A DNA stretch of 64,000 bases from an uncultured Acidobacteriota bacterium (GCA_963734695.1 CAVTIL010000015.1:465260-529259), one strand, 5' to 3'; shown: positions 39,519 through 49,320, counted from the first letter of the stretch. Made by a program: numbers and translations. Notes: generated by a model not told the origin, from the letters alone.

Positions 39519-41288
39519 TCACAGATCTTTCACCAGCTGTTTCAGCGCGGTCAGCCGCTCCTGCAGCGCCGCGCGGCCGCCTGGCACGTCGGTCTTCTTG
39601 ACGATGAGCGGCGGCAGGAACTGCCGGTCGGTGCACTCGAGAATCGCCGCGGTTTCCTGGAGCTCGCGTTCGAGACCCTGCGTGGACGGCATGAACTCTG
39701 AGACCACTCGCGCCAGCGCTTCACGGGTCACGCGACTCGTGCCCGCGAGAATGGACGCGCGCCAGGCACGGCCGACCATGCCTTCGATGTCGGCGCCGGA
39801 CAGCTGGCCGAGTTGCGGAATAGGCGGCACGTCTTCAATCGCCAGCTGCGACCCGAGTTTCTTCGCGAGAATGACGAACATCTGGCGGACTTCTGCTTCC
39901 TCGGTCGGATAGAAGAGTGGGATGTGCACTTCCGCCCGGCCCTGGCGCTTGAGATCGATCGGCAGCAGATCGGGACGGGCCGTCAAAAGCATCCAGACAA
40001 TCCGGCCGCGGTACTGTGTGTCCCCCATCTGCGCGGCAATCATCGCGAAGACGCGGCTCGACGTTCCGGAATCGCCTTCGGCTTCGCGGCTCCCGAGCGC
40101 GGCGTCGGCTTCATCCACCACGACCACGACGGGCCCCATCGCGCGCAACACCGACAGTACGCGCTCCAGATTGCCCTCGGTCTCGCCGACGTACTTCGAG
40201 CGGAAGTTCTTGAGGATCACGCAGGGAACACCGATCTCGCCGCTCACGCACTGCGCGAGAAACGACTTTCCCGTTCCCACCGGGCCGCACAACAAGTAAC
40301 CCATCGGGAGGCTGTCGAGTGCGCCTCGTTTGAGGAGGGCCGCGTCCTCGCGGAGCCGCGCTTTCGCCGCCTCATGACCAACGACCGTATCGAGCGTCCA
40401 TCTGGGTTCGATGAATTCAAGCAGGCCGCGGCACTGACGCTCGAGCAGGCGCTTCTTCAAAGACCGGAACGCGGCCGCATCGAGGCGCTTGCCGCTCTCG
40501 CGGGCCGACTGAATGAGCACGTTGAGATCGGTCTGCGAAATACCCGCGGTCAGCTTGGCGAGCTCGGTGGCATCGAAGTCAGAATAGTCCGCGAGCGGAC
40601 GGTCCGTCGTCGTTGCCCTCACGAACGCCTCGCGCGTCTGCTCCCCGGGCAGCGGGACCTCGATGGTCGCCACGTGCGGATTGCCAGTGAGACGATCGCT
40701 CAGGTCGGCGAGCTTCTCATCAATCATCACGAACGCCATGTTCAAACGCTTCACGTGGGGACTCATGGCCCAGTTCAGCATCGTCACCAACTGAGAGGAC
40801 GCCTGCATGTTGAGCCGGCCAGGCTCGCCCGCGGGGAACACATACGAAGCCTGATCCATGATCAGCGCGAGACTCTGACGATCGTCTTCGGCCGCCATGA
40901 TATTGGCCCGGACGAAACGATCCACGAGGGTAAAGGTCGCGGCCGGATCCTTCGAGAGCGCGCTGAGGTCGCCCAGCTTCTTGTTGGCGAGCGTCACCAT
41001 CTCCTTGAGACGTTTTTCATCGCGCCCCGCGAACGCGCGCAACCCGCGGCCCAGGTCGTAGTGCAGCACCAGCGACCACCGGCCGAACAGCTGCTCGGCC
41101 AGGAACTCCGCCAGGACGCCGTATGGCATGCCATCGTCGGCGCCGATGCGGAAGAGGTCGTACGTGTTTCCGCAGAGAACGAACGCGGCCGTTGTTCCGG
41201 AGAAATAAAGGTCAGCCAGCTGCGACGCCCACGGCGGAAACCACACCGGCAGGTCGGTTGGGCGTCGAGGTCGAGACTCAGGCATCAT
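39519..41288 (-). CDS. classic-clade AAA+ ATPase with ~330-aa N-terminal domain of unknown function
   Basis: 589 aa. C-terminal AAA module: Walker A LLCGPVGTGKSFLA, Walker B VVVVDEADA, sensor-1 LLTARP, arginine finger region DLKRQGRAEV, and a classic second region of homology SGADIEGMV. The start overlaps the upstream gene by 11 nt. Confidence 0.8.
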   Translation of the reverse strand: MMPESRPRRPTDLPVWFPPWASQLADLYFSGTTAAFVLCGNTYDLFRIGADDGMPYGVLAEFLAEQLFGRWSLVLHYDLGRGLRAFAGRDEKRLKEMVTLANKKLGDLSALSKDPAATFTLVDRFVRANIMAAEDDRQSLALIMDQASYVFPAGEPGRLNMQASSQLVTMLNWAMSPHVKRLNMAFVMIDEKLADLSDRLTGNPHVATIEVPLPGEQTREAFVRATTTDRPLADYSDFDATELAKLTAGISQTDLNVLIQSARESGKRLDAAAFRSLKKRLLERQCRGLLEFIEPRWTLDTVVGHEAAKARLREDAALLKRGALDSLPMGYLLCGPVGTGKSFLAQCVSGEIGVPCVILKNFRSKYVGETEGNLERVLSVLRAMGPVVVVVDEADAALGSREAEGDSGTSSRVFAMIAAQMGDTQYRGRIVWMLLTARPDLLPIDLKRQGRAEVHIPLFYPTEEAEVRQMFVILAKKLGSQLAIEDVPPIPQLGQLSGADIEGMVGRAWRASILAGTSRVTREALARVVSEFMPSTQGLERELQETAAILECTDRQFLPPLIVKKTDVPGGRAALQERLTALKQLVKDL

Positions 41289-42201
41289 TCCGGAGCACCC
41301 CGCGTAGATCGGATTCGAGAATGGCCGGCGGCTCCTCGAGCTGTTCGCCGAGCCCGGTGAGGTGCTGAAGCTCGCTCACGGCCTTTTCGGTCTGCCGCAT
41401 GCTCTCCGCGGCGGAATCAACCTGGCTGCTCAGGAAGTCCGGATCCTGGCGGTTCACGGCCATTTCAGCGAGCGCCTGAATCTTTCCTTCGATGCGGTCC
41501 AGTTCGACGCTGACGAACTCGGCGTTCTTCCTGGCCTTCCCGAAATTGTCGAGACGCAGCTCGCCCATCGCAATGCTGTCCTGGAGCGAACGCACGACCC
41601 GGTCGTCGCCTGATGCCTGCGCCGCGGCCAGGCTCTTTCGCAGCTCTTCGAGGCGGCCGGAGATCTCCTGGCCATCCATGGTCTTCAGGAACCGATCGAG
41701 GGCCGTTTTCGACATCAGCAGTCGAAGGAAGAGCCAGAGCAGGCGATCGAGGCCCGGCGTACGAATGTCTTCCACCGACGACGCTTGAGTCCCCGCCGCG
41801 CCGCGAACGCCGGCGGCGATGCCGCGCATTTCGAGACACCGCGCGTGCAGGCGCTCGAAGCGGGTCCGCGCCTCGGCGGGCAACCCGCCCAACATCGTCA
41901 CTAGCGACACTGCGGGTGCGGCAGGAACGTCGTCGAACGGGCGCGATCGGGTGGCGTGCATCTTGGCATCGATCGCCCCGCGAAAACGTGGCATCGAAAT
42001 CAGACCGGCGAGATAGGCCAGTTCACCCGCGCCTACGAGCGGCAGCAACACCGGCGCCAGCGGTGTCAACGCTGCCGCGGCGGTTCCGCCGAGGAAGAAC
42101 AGCAAATTCCATCGAAACAGAAACGCTTCCTTGAGGTAGGTGCGCGTGTCCGCGCCCTGAGGCGGCACGTTCGGCGGCAGGCTATCGGGCGCCTTAACCA
42201 T
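41278..42201 (-). CDS. membrane protein with two N-terminal TM helices and a ~170-aa C-terminal coiled-coil region
   Basis: 307 aa. TM1 LLFFLGGTAAAALTPLAPVLLPLVG and TM2 LAYLAGLISMP, then heptad-rich segments (LEELRKSLAAAQASGDDRVVRSLQDSIAMGELRLDNFGKARKNAEFVSVELDRIEGKIQALAEMA). The start overlaps the upstream ABC ATPase stop by 8 nt. Confidence 0.6.
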   Translation of the reverse strand: MVKAPDSLPPNVPPQGADTRTYLKEAFLFRWNLLFFLGGTAAAALTPLAPVLLPLVGAGELAYLAGLISMPRFRGAIDAKMHATRSRPFDDVPAAPAVSLVTMLGGLPAEARTRFERLHARCLEMRGIAAGVRGAAGTQASSVEDIRTPGLDRLLWLFLRLLMSKTALDRFLKTMDGQEISGRLEELRKSLAAAQASGDDRVVRSLQDSIAMGELRLDNFGKARKNAEFVSVELDRIEGKIQALAEMAVNRQDPDFLSSQVDSAAESMRQTEKAVSELQHLTGLGEQLEEPPAILESDLRGVLRNDA

Positions 42202-43094
42202 CGCCAGCCCGAGTCGATTCGCACAGATTGTCGATGATGTCGCGGATCTCGAAGACGTATCGCATGAACTCCGGCTCGCGCTGCATCTCTTTCGGCGGCC
42301 GGTCGGGGGACGGGACCTCCATCTGCTTCAGAATCGTGCCGGGCGCCGACGAGAAGATGTAGACGCGGTCCCCCAGGTACACCGCCTCCTCAATGGAGTG
42401 TGTCACGAAGAAGACCGTCGCCTGCGGCCTCGCGCCAGAGATCGACCAGCAGCGCCTGCATGTGGAGCCTGGTGGTCGGATCGAGCGCACCGAACGGTTC
42501 GTCCATGAGGATGATGCGCGGCGAGAGAATCAGCGTCCGGGCGATCGCCACGCGCTGTCTCATGCCGCCGGACAGCTCGCTGGGATACTTCGTGGCGTCC
42601 CGCTTCACATCCAGTCCGACCTTGGCAATCCACTCGCGCGCGCGTTCGCGGCGTTCCGCTGCAGGCACGCCACGACATTCCAACCCGAACGCCACATTGT
42701 CTTCGACGGTGCGATTGTCGAACGACGTGTAGTCCTGGAAGACCATGCTTCGATCGGCGCCCGGGCGTTCCACGCGATTGCCCGCGACCAGCACGGTTCC
42801 CTCGGTCGGCGGATGATGCGGCCGAAGCCCGGCGATCAGACGGAGCACTGTCGATTTCCCGCAGCCCGACGGGCCGAGGATCGCGATGAACTCGCCCTTA
42901 TGCGGCAGGTCTGGCACTGAGAACGTGATGTCGCGAACGATGGTCACGCTGCCGAAGCGCTTCGTGACGTTCTTGAATTCGACGACGTTGCCAAGAGCGG
43001 CGGGTGCGGCCTGGGGATCGCTCACGTCAGTCCTCGACCGCACGATACGGGAACAACCCGCGCTGGAACCAGAAGAGCACGCGGTCGATGCCAT
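42194..43094 (-). CDS. ABC transporter ATP-binding protein (NitT/TauT family, SsuB/TauB-like). Apparent frameshift near 42450.
   Basis: Frame 42390..43094 has Walker A GPSGCGKST, Q-loop, signature LSGGMRQRVAIA and Walker B IILMDEP. The C-terminal helical region with H-loop (TVFFVTHSIEEAVYLGDRV) is in frame 42194..42490. The true start is probably near 43030, just after the permease stop. Confidence 0.7.
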
Positions 43095-43848
43095 ACGCGA
43101 GCACGCCGATGATCATCAGGATCAGGATGATGTGCTCGGACAGGCCTCGCCGCTGGCTTGCCATGAGGAGATATCCGAGCCCGTGCTCGGCGTTGATCAG
43201 CTCGGCGAGCATGATATAGCCGAAGGCCAGCCCGAACAGGTGCCGCAGGCTGTTGTAAATGTCGGGGAGCGCGAGCGTGACGAGCACCTTCAGCACGACC
43301 TGGTGCGCTTTGGCGCCAAGCGTTTGCGCGGTTTCGACGTACCGATCCGGTACGCCGACGACTGCAGCCACCGCGTCCGAGTACACGAACGGCACGCACG
43401 CGATGAAGATGAACATCACCTTCTGCGTCTCGTCGATCCCGAACCAGAGAATCGTCAGCGGGATGAGTGCGGCAACGGGCAGATTGCGTCCGAAGAGCGC
43501 GATCGGCGCGCCGGCTGCTTCAATCACCCGCCACGCGCCGGCGGCAATGCCGAGCGGCACGCCGACGAGCGCCGCCAGGCCAAACCCGACCAGTACCCGT
43601 TTCAGCGTGGCCGCGATGCTCTGCAGCAACGCCCGTTCCTTGAACAGGCTGGGGAAGCTTCGAATCACTTCGCCCGGACTCGGCAGAATCACCGGCGAGA
43701 TCCAGCGATCCTCGGATCCCAGTCCTGACGTCGCGATCCACCACACGAGCACGATGACGCCGACGGCCAGTGCGCCGACGAGCTGCCGCGTCATTCGCGG
43801 CGGCGAGATGCGCAGCGCCAGGAGTTCGGGTTTGGCGTCGCCCGGCAT
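43027..43848 (-). CDS. ABC transporter permease (NitT/TauT family)
   Basis: 273 aa, 6 TM helices. Binding-protein-dependent permease loop (TAQTLGAKAHQVVLKVLVTLALP). Intact. Confidence 0.8.
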   Translation of the reverse strand: MPGDAKPELLALRISPPRMTRQLVGALAVGVIVLVWWIATSGLGSEDRWISPVILPSPGEVIRSFPSLFKERALLQSIAATLKRVLVGFGLAALVGVPLGIAAGAWRVIEAAGAPIALFGRNLPVAALIPLTILWFGIDETQKVMFIFIACVPFVYSDAVAAVVGVPDRYVETAQTLGAKAHQVVLKVLVTLALPDIYNSLRHLFGLAFGYIMLAELINAEHGLGYLLMASQRRGLSEHIILILMIIGVLAYGIDRVLFWFQRGLFPYRAVED

Positions 43849-45578
43849 TTACTTCGCGCCCGGCGCCGCTTCCGCCGGGTACACCTTCACCTCGACGCGT
43901 CGGTTCTTGGCGTTGTTCTCGGGATCGGACGGGTCAGCCGGGCGATCCCATCCGATCCCGGCGGTTGAGAACTGATTCGGCTGCAGCGACGGGAACTTCC
44001 GCACGATTGCTTCCTTCACGGAATTCGCGCGGTTCAACGACAGTTCCTGGACCAGGCTCTTCGGCACCGACGCCTTCATCGACGCGTCGGTATGTCCTTC
44101 GATCACGATCCGCGCCGCCCCGTACTGCCCTGCTAGCTTGCCAATCTCCTCGACGACGAATCCTACATTCGGGTCGTACAGCTCTTCGGTGTCCTTGCCG
44201 CCGGCGTCGCGCGTCACCTTCTTGTTGAGATCCCACGAGTTGGGGAAGAAATGGATGACCACGGTCTTGGTCAGGATCTCGTCCTTCTCGCCTTGAACCG
44301 TTCCGGCTGACGCCGGCGCGAAGTGGACGTCGTACTCGTTCTTCTGCGACGCGTATTTCGGCTCGGAGGCCAGCTTCTGGATGATGGAGAAATCCATTAC
44401 CTGATCGAACGGTGTCTGCTCGGTCACCGCGTTGATCCGCTTGTAGAGGAAGTACGCGTGGACCAGGTGCGCTCGAAACTGGTCGGGTTGTTTTGATTCA
44501 GGAAGAAGTCGCGGTTCTCGGCGTAGTTGGTCGAGTGCGCATCGCCGAGCATCCCGAGCGCGTCACCTTCAGGAATCGAGTAGCCCGCGGCCATCAGCTT
44601 CGCGACCTTCTGCTTCGAGTCCTGCGACTTCAAATCCACCATGGCGTCGAAAATGCCACGGGTGATCCCTTCCATGATGTCGGGATTGTCTTTGGCAAAG
44701 TCGGCGCGCGCGAACCACACGTCCGCGATCAGCTTGTTCGCCGTCGCCGTCGTCACGAGCATGTGATTGCCCTTGACCTTCTCGAGGTTGTAGATGTCGG
44801 GCGCCCAGCTGACCACGCCGGCAAGGCGCTTGTCGGCATTGAACGCTGCGGCCGCCTGGAACGCATCCTGGGTGAACTTGAACTCGATTTCTGCGGGCTG
44901 AACGCCCGCGTTGATGAGCGCGTTGAGGATGAAGAAGTGTGACGGCGAGTTCTGAGCCAGCACCACCGTCTTGCCGCGCAAATCGGCCATCGTCTTGATC
45001 GCGTCGCGGACGACGATGCCGTCGCCGCCGTTCGACCAGTCGACCTGCTGATACACGCGAGGCATGACGCGCGAGTCCTTGCGCAGGCCTTCGAGAAAGA
45101 GCGGGATCATGTCGAGCGTCGCCCAGCCGATGTGCAGGTTGCCGGCCGCGTACGCGTCGCGCATCACGATCGGATCGTCACTCAGCACGAGCTCGACCTT
45201 GAAGTCCTTGCCGCCGGGCGTCTTCCACAGCTTGCCGGGCTTGAAGCCGTTGTTCGCGAGAATGATCGGGCTCCAGCCGGCCCACACGTTGATGCCGAAT
45301 CGCACCGTGCGGTCGGCCATCGGCTTGTAGCTGGAGATGCCCTTGACCTCCGGCAGACGTGTCGCCGCGACGTAGTTGTATTCCTTGACCGTCGTGATGC
45401 CGGCGCTGTCCGGCGCTTCGGCGCCGCTCTGCATCTTCTTCAGCTCGTCGGCCGAGAATTGACCGGTCTGCGACTTCGGTCCAATCGCGCCATACCGCCA
45501 GAGCGCGAGACCGACGAGACCGAGCACCATCACCAGGACGGCGACGTAGAAAGTGGGTCTGGGCTTTCCGTTGGCCAT
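43849..45578 (-). CDS. NMT1/SsuA-like periplasmic substrate-binding protein fused to a C-terminal OmpA-like domain. Apparent frameshift near 44440.
   Basis: 384-aa SBP frame (TM anchor FYVAVLVMVLGLVGLALW, NMT1-like core) ends artificially in ...FERTWSTRTSSTSGSTR*. The adjacent frame reads through (...HAYFLYKRINAVTEQTPFD...) into the 192-aa ORF, which carries an OmpA-family motif set (IVIEGHTDASM...LSLNRANSVKEAIV...NRRVEVKVY). Confidence 0.55.
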
Positions 45579-45615
45579 GAATCCATGCTCCTGTCAGCTG
45601 CCCATGGAGGCTGCA

Positions 45616-46462
45616 TTACACTCTTCTCCGAGGGCTTCGCCTCTCGGATCCCAACACGCGCTCTGCGCGCGCTTCGTCGGCGCGCTCCTGCGCTGTTTGG
45701 ATTAATTCGTTTGTTTCTCGGTGGCTTTTTCGGCCGCGGGTCCGAGATCCTTCGCCGTCTGGCGCGATCGGCGATGTCTCGGGTGACTTCAAGCCCAGTT
45801 CGACCTCGAAGTCGGTGAGCGCCTGCTCGGCGAGCTGGCCTTGCATGCGCTCCTCGGCCTGGATCTCGGCGATGCCCTTCTGCGACAGATCCGCCGCCAC
45901 GCGCACCTTGCCGCGGTTCTGATCGATCTTCTGCTGGATGACGCTCTCGATCTCGCCGAAGTCCGTCGTCAGGTTCATGTCGAACGTCTCGGAGAGCTTG
46001 GCGATCTCGGCCTCGGCCGCGCTCATCTTCAGCTCGGCGTCGTACTTCTGGATCTTCTCGCGCAGCTCGATCAGCTTTTCGTTCGCGTGCTGGATCTTCT
46101 TCAGGCTGTTGCCGTAGGCGGTCTCGTGCATCTGGAGCTGGCCTTCGTTGGCCGCCAGCTCCTCCTTCGGCCTTCTGCAGCTCGAGCGCGAACTTTGCCG
46201 CGGTGGTGCGATCGCCGGCCTTGAGGTAGGCCTTCGTCTCCGCTTCGAGCTTCTGCACGTGCGACTTGTTGGCGGAGACCTGCCGGGTGACCCGCTCGAC
46301 GAGCCCGCGGTACTGCTCGAGGCCGGTGCGCCCTTCCTTGAGCTGCTCGACGGCGCGGTCGTACTCGTATCGCATCTGGGCCACCGGATCGGCCTCCCAG
46401 AAGATGTTCGCGACCTTGTTGATCTGCGCCACGAACGCGGACCAGAACTTGTGGAAAATCAC
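45616..46462 (-). CDS. pspA: PspA/IM30 (Vipp1) family protein. Apparent frameshift near 46150.
   Basis: N-terminus MIFHKFWSAFVAQINKVANIFWEADPVAQMRYEYDRAVEQLKEGR...AKFALELQKAE matches the PspA helix-1/2 pattern. Charged coiled-coil remainder (LKKIQHANEKLIELREKIQKYDAELKMSAAEAEIAKL...) is in the 45616..46131 frame. Confidence 0.65.
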
Positions 46463-46487
46463 GGAGGCTCCTTCTGAACACTACGAG

Positions 46488-47268
46488 TTACTTCCCGGCG
46501 GGTTCCCGCTCGCCGCCGGCCGCCTCGGCAAGAATCTTGCCCTGGTAGATACCGTCGAGCGCCGTGCGCAGCTCGACGCCGGTTCCGGCGCCGATCACAT
46601 CGCCGCCGACGTCCTTCAGAAACGCGAACTTTTCCGGGCTCGTATCGAACGCGACGAAGTAGGTCTGCACGCCGCCTTCACTCTTCCGCCAGATGTCGCG
46701 CGCCACGTCATCGGGGCTGCGGCCGTTCGTGTTCTCGCCGTCGGTGACGACGAGCAGGTACTTGCGGAACACGCCGGCGCGATACAGGTCTGGACGCGCC
46801 TCGCGCATCGCCTCGCCGATCGCCGTGCCGCCGCCCGGCCGCGGCAGGTTCGCCAGCGTCGAGCGAACCGACGCGCGATCGTACGGCTGAATCGGCCGCA
46901 GGACGTGGACGCTGCTCGAAAAGCTGTAGACGCCAATCTTGATTGGAAAGTCCGGCCGGCGGGCGATGAACGCGTCGGTCGCGTCGAGCATCGCCTCGAG
47001 CGCTTCCTGCGCGACGACGTACTTCGGTCGCGAGTCGCCGGGCGGCGTTCTGCTTCATCGATCCCGAGGTGTCGACCAGGATCGCGACCGCGGCACCGAG
47101 TCCCTCTTCGACTTCGGCCTGATACGGCGCGTCGGACTCCGGAGCGTCGCGGGTCGAGGCCTTGGACCTGTCGCGGTGTGCCGCCGGCTGGCAGGCCAGA
47201 AGAAGCGACGGCAGCAGGATGGCGAGAGCCAACCCCCGTGTTCGTCCAGCGATGGAGCGGGTGTTCAT
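46488..47268 (-). CDS. von Willebrand factor A (vWA) domain lipoprotein. Apparent frameshift near 47040.
   Basis: Lipobox LAILLPSLLLAC. MIDAS motif AILVDTSGSM in the N-terminal frame. YLLVVTDGENTNG and vWA C-terminal half in frame 46488..46991. Confidence 0.6.
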
Positions 47269-47329
47269 GCCCGGTGTGGGGGAGTGTATCGTCGCGGTCT
47301 CATGCGATCAAGCACAGGAAGAACCCTCA

Positions 47330-47782
47330 TCACGCCCTCGACGGGCCCAAGTCCGAGGTGCAATTCGGACAGCGGGACGCTTTCGCGGGAATGCGCGAAA
47401 TGCAGAACGGGCAGTCCTTCAGGTCCGGCGCCGGCGGCGCGGGCGCCGGGGCTTTCATGCGGTTGATCTGCCGGACCATCAGAAAGATCACGAACGCCAC
47501 GATCAGGAACTCGAGCAGGGTATTCAGAAAGATGCCGTAGTTGATGGTCGGCGCGGCGGCTTTCTGCGCGTCCGCGAGGGACGCGTACGCTTGTCCGTTC
47601 AGTGCCACGAACAGGTTCTTGAAGTCGATGCGCCCGATGACCATCCCGATGGGAGGCATGACGATGTCGTTGACCAGCGAGGTCACGATCTTGCCGAAGG
47701 CCGCACCGATGATGACGCCGACCGCGAGATCCACCACGTTGCCGCGCGCCGCGAAATCACGGAACTCTTTCATCATGGACAT
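47330..47782 (-). CDS. mscL: large-conductance mechanosensitive channel MscL with C-terminal CxxC...CxxC zinc-ribbon extension
   Basis: [20 protein letters not shown] (TM1 signature), then TM2. Tail [22 protein letters not shown]. 150 aa. Confidence 0.85.
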   Translation of the reverse strand: MSMMKEFRDFAARGNVVDLAVGVIIGAAFGKIVTSLVNDIVMPPIGMVIGRIDFKNLFVALNGQAYASLADAQKAAAPTINYGIFLNTLLEFLIVAFVIFLMVRQINRMKAPAPAPPAPDLKDCPFCISRIPAKASRCPNCTSDLGPSRA

Positions 47783-47952
47783 TGAGGAGTCTCATTTCTT
47801 ACTTTGCGCTGGGACCCCACCCCCAGCGCCTGCCAGCGCTCGCGCCCTCGCTCGCGCCGGCTCATCGCGGCGACGTCCCATTTAGTCAGCTGTCAGTCTC
47901 CGATTGCCGGTTGCCAGCTTCCAGATCGAAGCGGTGAATGGAGCCGGCCACC

Positions 47953-48015
<63 letters not shown>

Positions 48016-48019
48016 GAAA

Positions 48020-49261
48020 CTACTTCTTGTAACTAATCCGATAAATCACCCCAGCGAAATCGTCCGACACGAGCAGCGCACCATCGGGCATGACAAAGAC
48101 ATCGGCTGGACGCCCCCACGTCTTCCCGGTCGTCTGCGTGCCGCGCGTGCCGGCCACGCCCTGCAGCCAGCCTTCGGCAAACGGCGTAAAACTGGTGACG
48201 TTCTCACCCTGAAGCTTCGCCACCATCACACGGTAGCCGAGCGGTACGGACCGATTCCACGAGCCATGCTCCGCGATGAAGATCTGGTTCCGATATTCAG
48301 CAGGAAACATGGTGCCGGTGTAGAACCGCATGCCAATCGCGGCACCGTGTGGATCGAGTTTGCGCGCCGGCGGCTGGAACTCGCTGCACGCATGCTTGTC
48401 GCCGAACTCCGGGTCCTTGATCTCGCCAGCGTGGCAGTACGGAAATCCGAACGCGAGGCCCTTCTTCGGCGCGTGGTTCAATTCGTCCGGCGGAATGTCG
48501 TCGCCGAGGAGATCGCGGCCGTTGTCGGTGAACCACATCTCGTGCGTCTGGGGATGCCAGTCAAACCCGACGCTGTTGCGAACGCCGCTGGCGAAGATCT
48601 CCGTCGCGGTGCCGTCAGGCTTCATGCGGAGGATCGTCGCGAAACGCGGATCCTCCGGCCGTTCGCACACGTTGCACGGCCCGCCGACCGGGACGTAGAG
48701 CAGCCCGTCGGGTCCGAACCGGATGAACTTCTGACCGTGATGCGATTCGGTGGGCAGATCACTTTTCACGACCACCGGCGCGGGCGGCTTTTCCAGTTGT
48801 GACTCGATGTCGTCGTAGCGCGTGACGCGACTGATTTCGGCGACGTAGAGCGACCCGTCGCGGAACGCGACGCCGCTTGGATCCTTCAGGCCCTCCGCGA
48901 TCGTGAAGACCTGATCGGCCTTCTGATCGTGATCGCGATCGACGATCGCGTAGACCTTGTTGAAATCGCGGCTGCCGACAAACAGCGTGCCCTTCGCACC
49001 CATCACCATCTCGCGGGCGTGCGCCACTCCGGTCGCGTACAGATCGATGTGGAATCCCGGGGGCAGCGTGATTTGGTCCAGCGGCAGGGACGGTGGCGCC
49101 TGGGCCGTCCAGCCGCCGAGGGCGGCGACCGCGATCGTGGCGGCAAGAAGCTTGTACATAAAGTAAGGAGCATAGTCGATCGACGGTTTGGCGCGAGTTG
49201 GGGGTCGGATGTTAAATTTTTCGCTTTGTGCTATTTTCATAGCACCTTTTACCGGATCCAA
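48020..49261 (-). CDS. PQQ-dependent soluble sugar (glucose/sorbosone) dehydrogenase family beta-propeller protein
   Basis: 413-aa ORF. Probable true start at MYKLLAATIAVAALGG (about 49159, signal peptide). Motifs HHGQKFIRFGPDGLLYV and GFDWHPQTHEMWFTDNGRD typical of the GSDH family. Confidence 0.7.
   Translation of the reverse strand: MDPVKGAMKIAQSEKFNIRPPTRAKPSIDYAPYFMYKLLAATIAVAALGGWTAQAPPSLPLDQITLPPGFHIDLYATGVAHAREMVMGAKGTLFVGSRDFNKVYAIVDRDHDQKADQVFTIAEGLKDPSGVAFRDGSLYVAEISRVTRYDDIESQLEKPPAPVVVKSDLPTESHHGQKFIRFGPDGLLYVPVGGPCNVCERPEDPRFATILRMKPDGTATEIFASGVRNSVGFDWHPQTHEMWFTDNGRDLLGDDIPPDELNHAPKKGLAFGFPYCHAGEIKDPEFGDKHACSEFQPPARKLDPHGAAIGMRFYTGTMFPAEYRNQIFIAEHGSWNRSVPLGYRVMVAKLQGENVTSFTPFAEGWLQGVAGTRGTQTTGKTWGRPADVFVMPDGALLVSDDFAGVIYRISYKK
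49228..49245. promoter_or_regulatory. perfect 7-bp inverted repeat GTGCTAT-tttc-ATAGCAC in an AT-rich divergent promoter region; candidate BlaI operator
   Basis: Read directly. 75 nt upstream of the blaI ATG at 49321, within the locally AT-rich block gttaaatttttcgctttgtgctattttcatagcacctttt. Confidence 0.4.
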
Positions 49262-49320
49262 CCGTCCAATGCCTTAGAACGCAGTTTTTGAACGGTCTGC
49301 GGACGGAGATATCGCAAAAA

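Noticed and set aside
39813-41360. 515-aa plus-strand ORF overlapping the AAA ATPase gene
   Set aside because: Antisense to a gene with perfect Walker A/B motifs. R/H-rich artefact.
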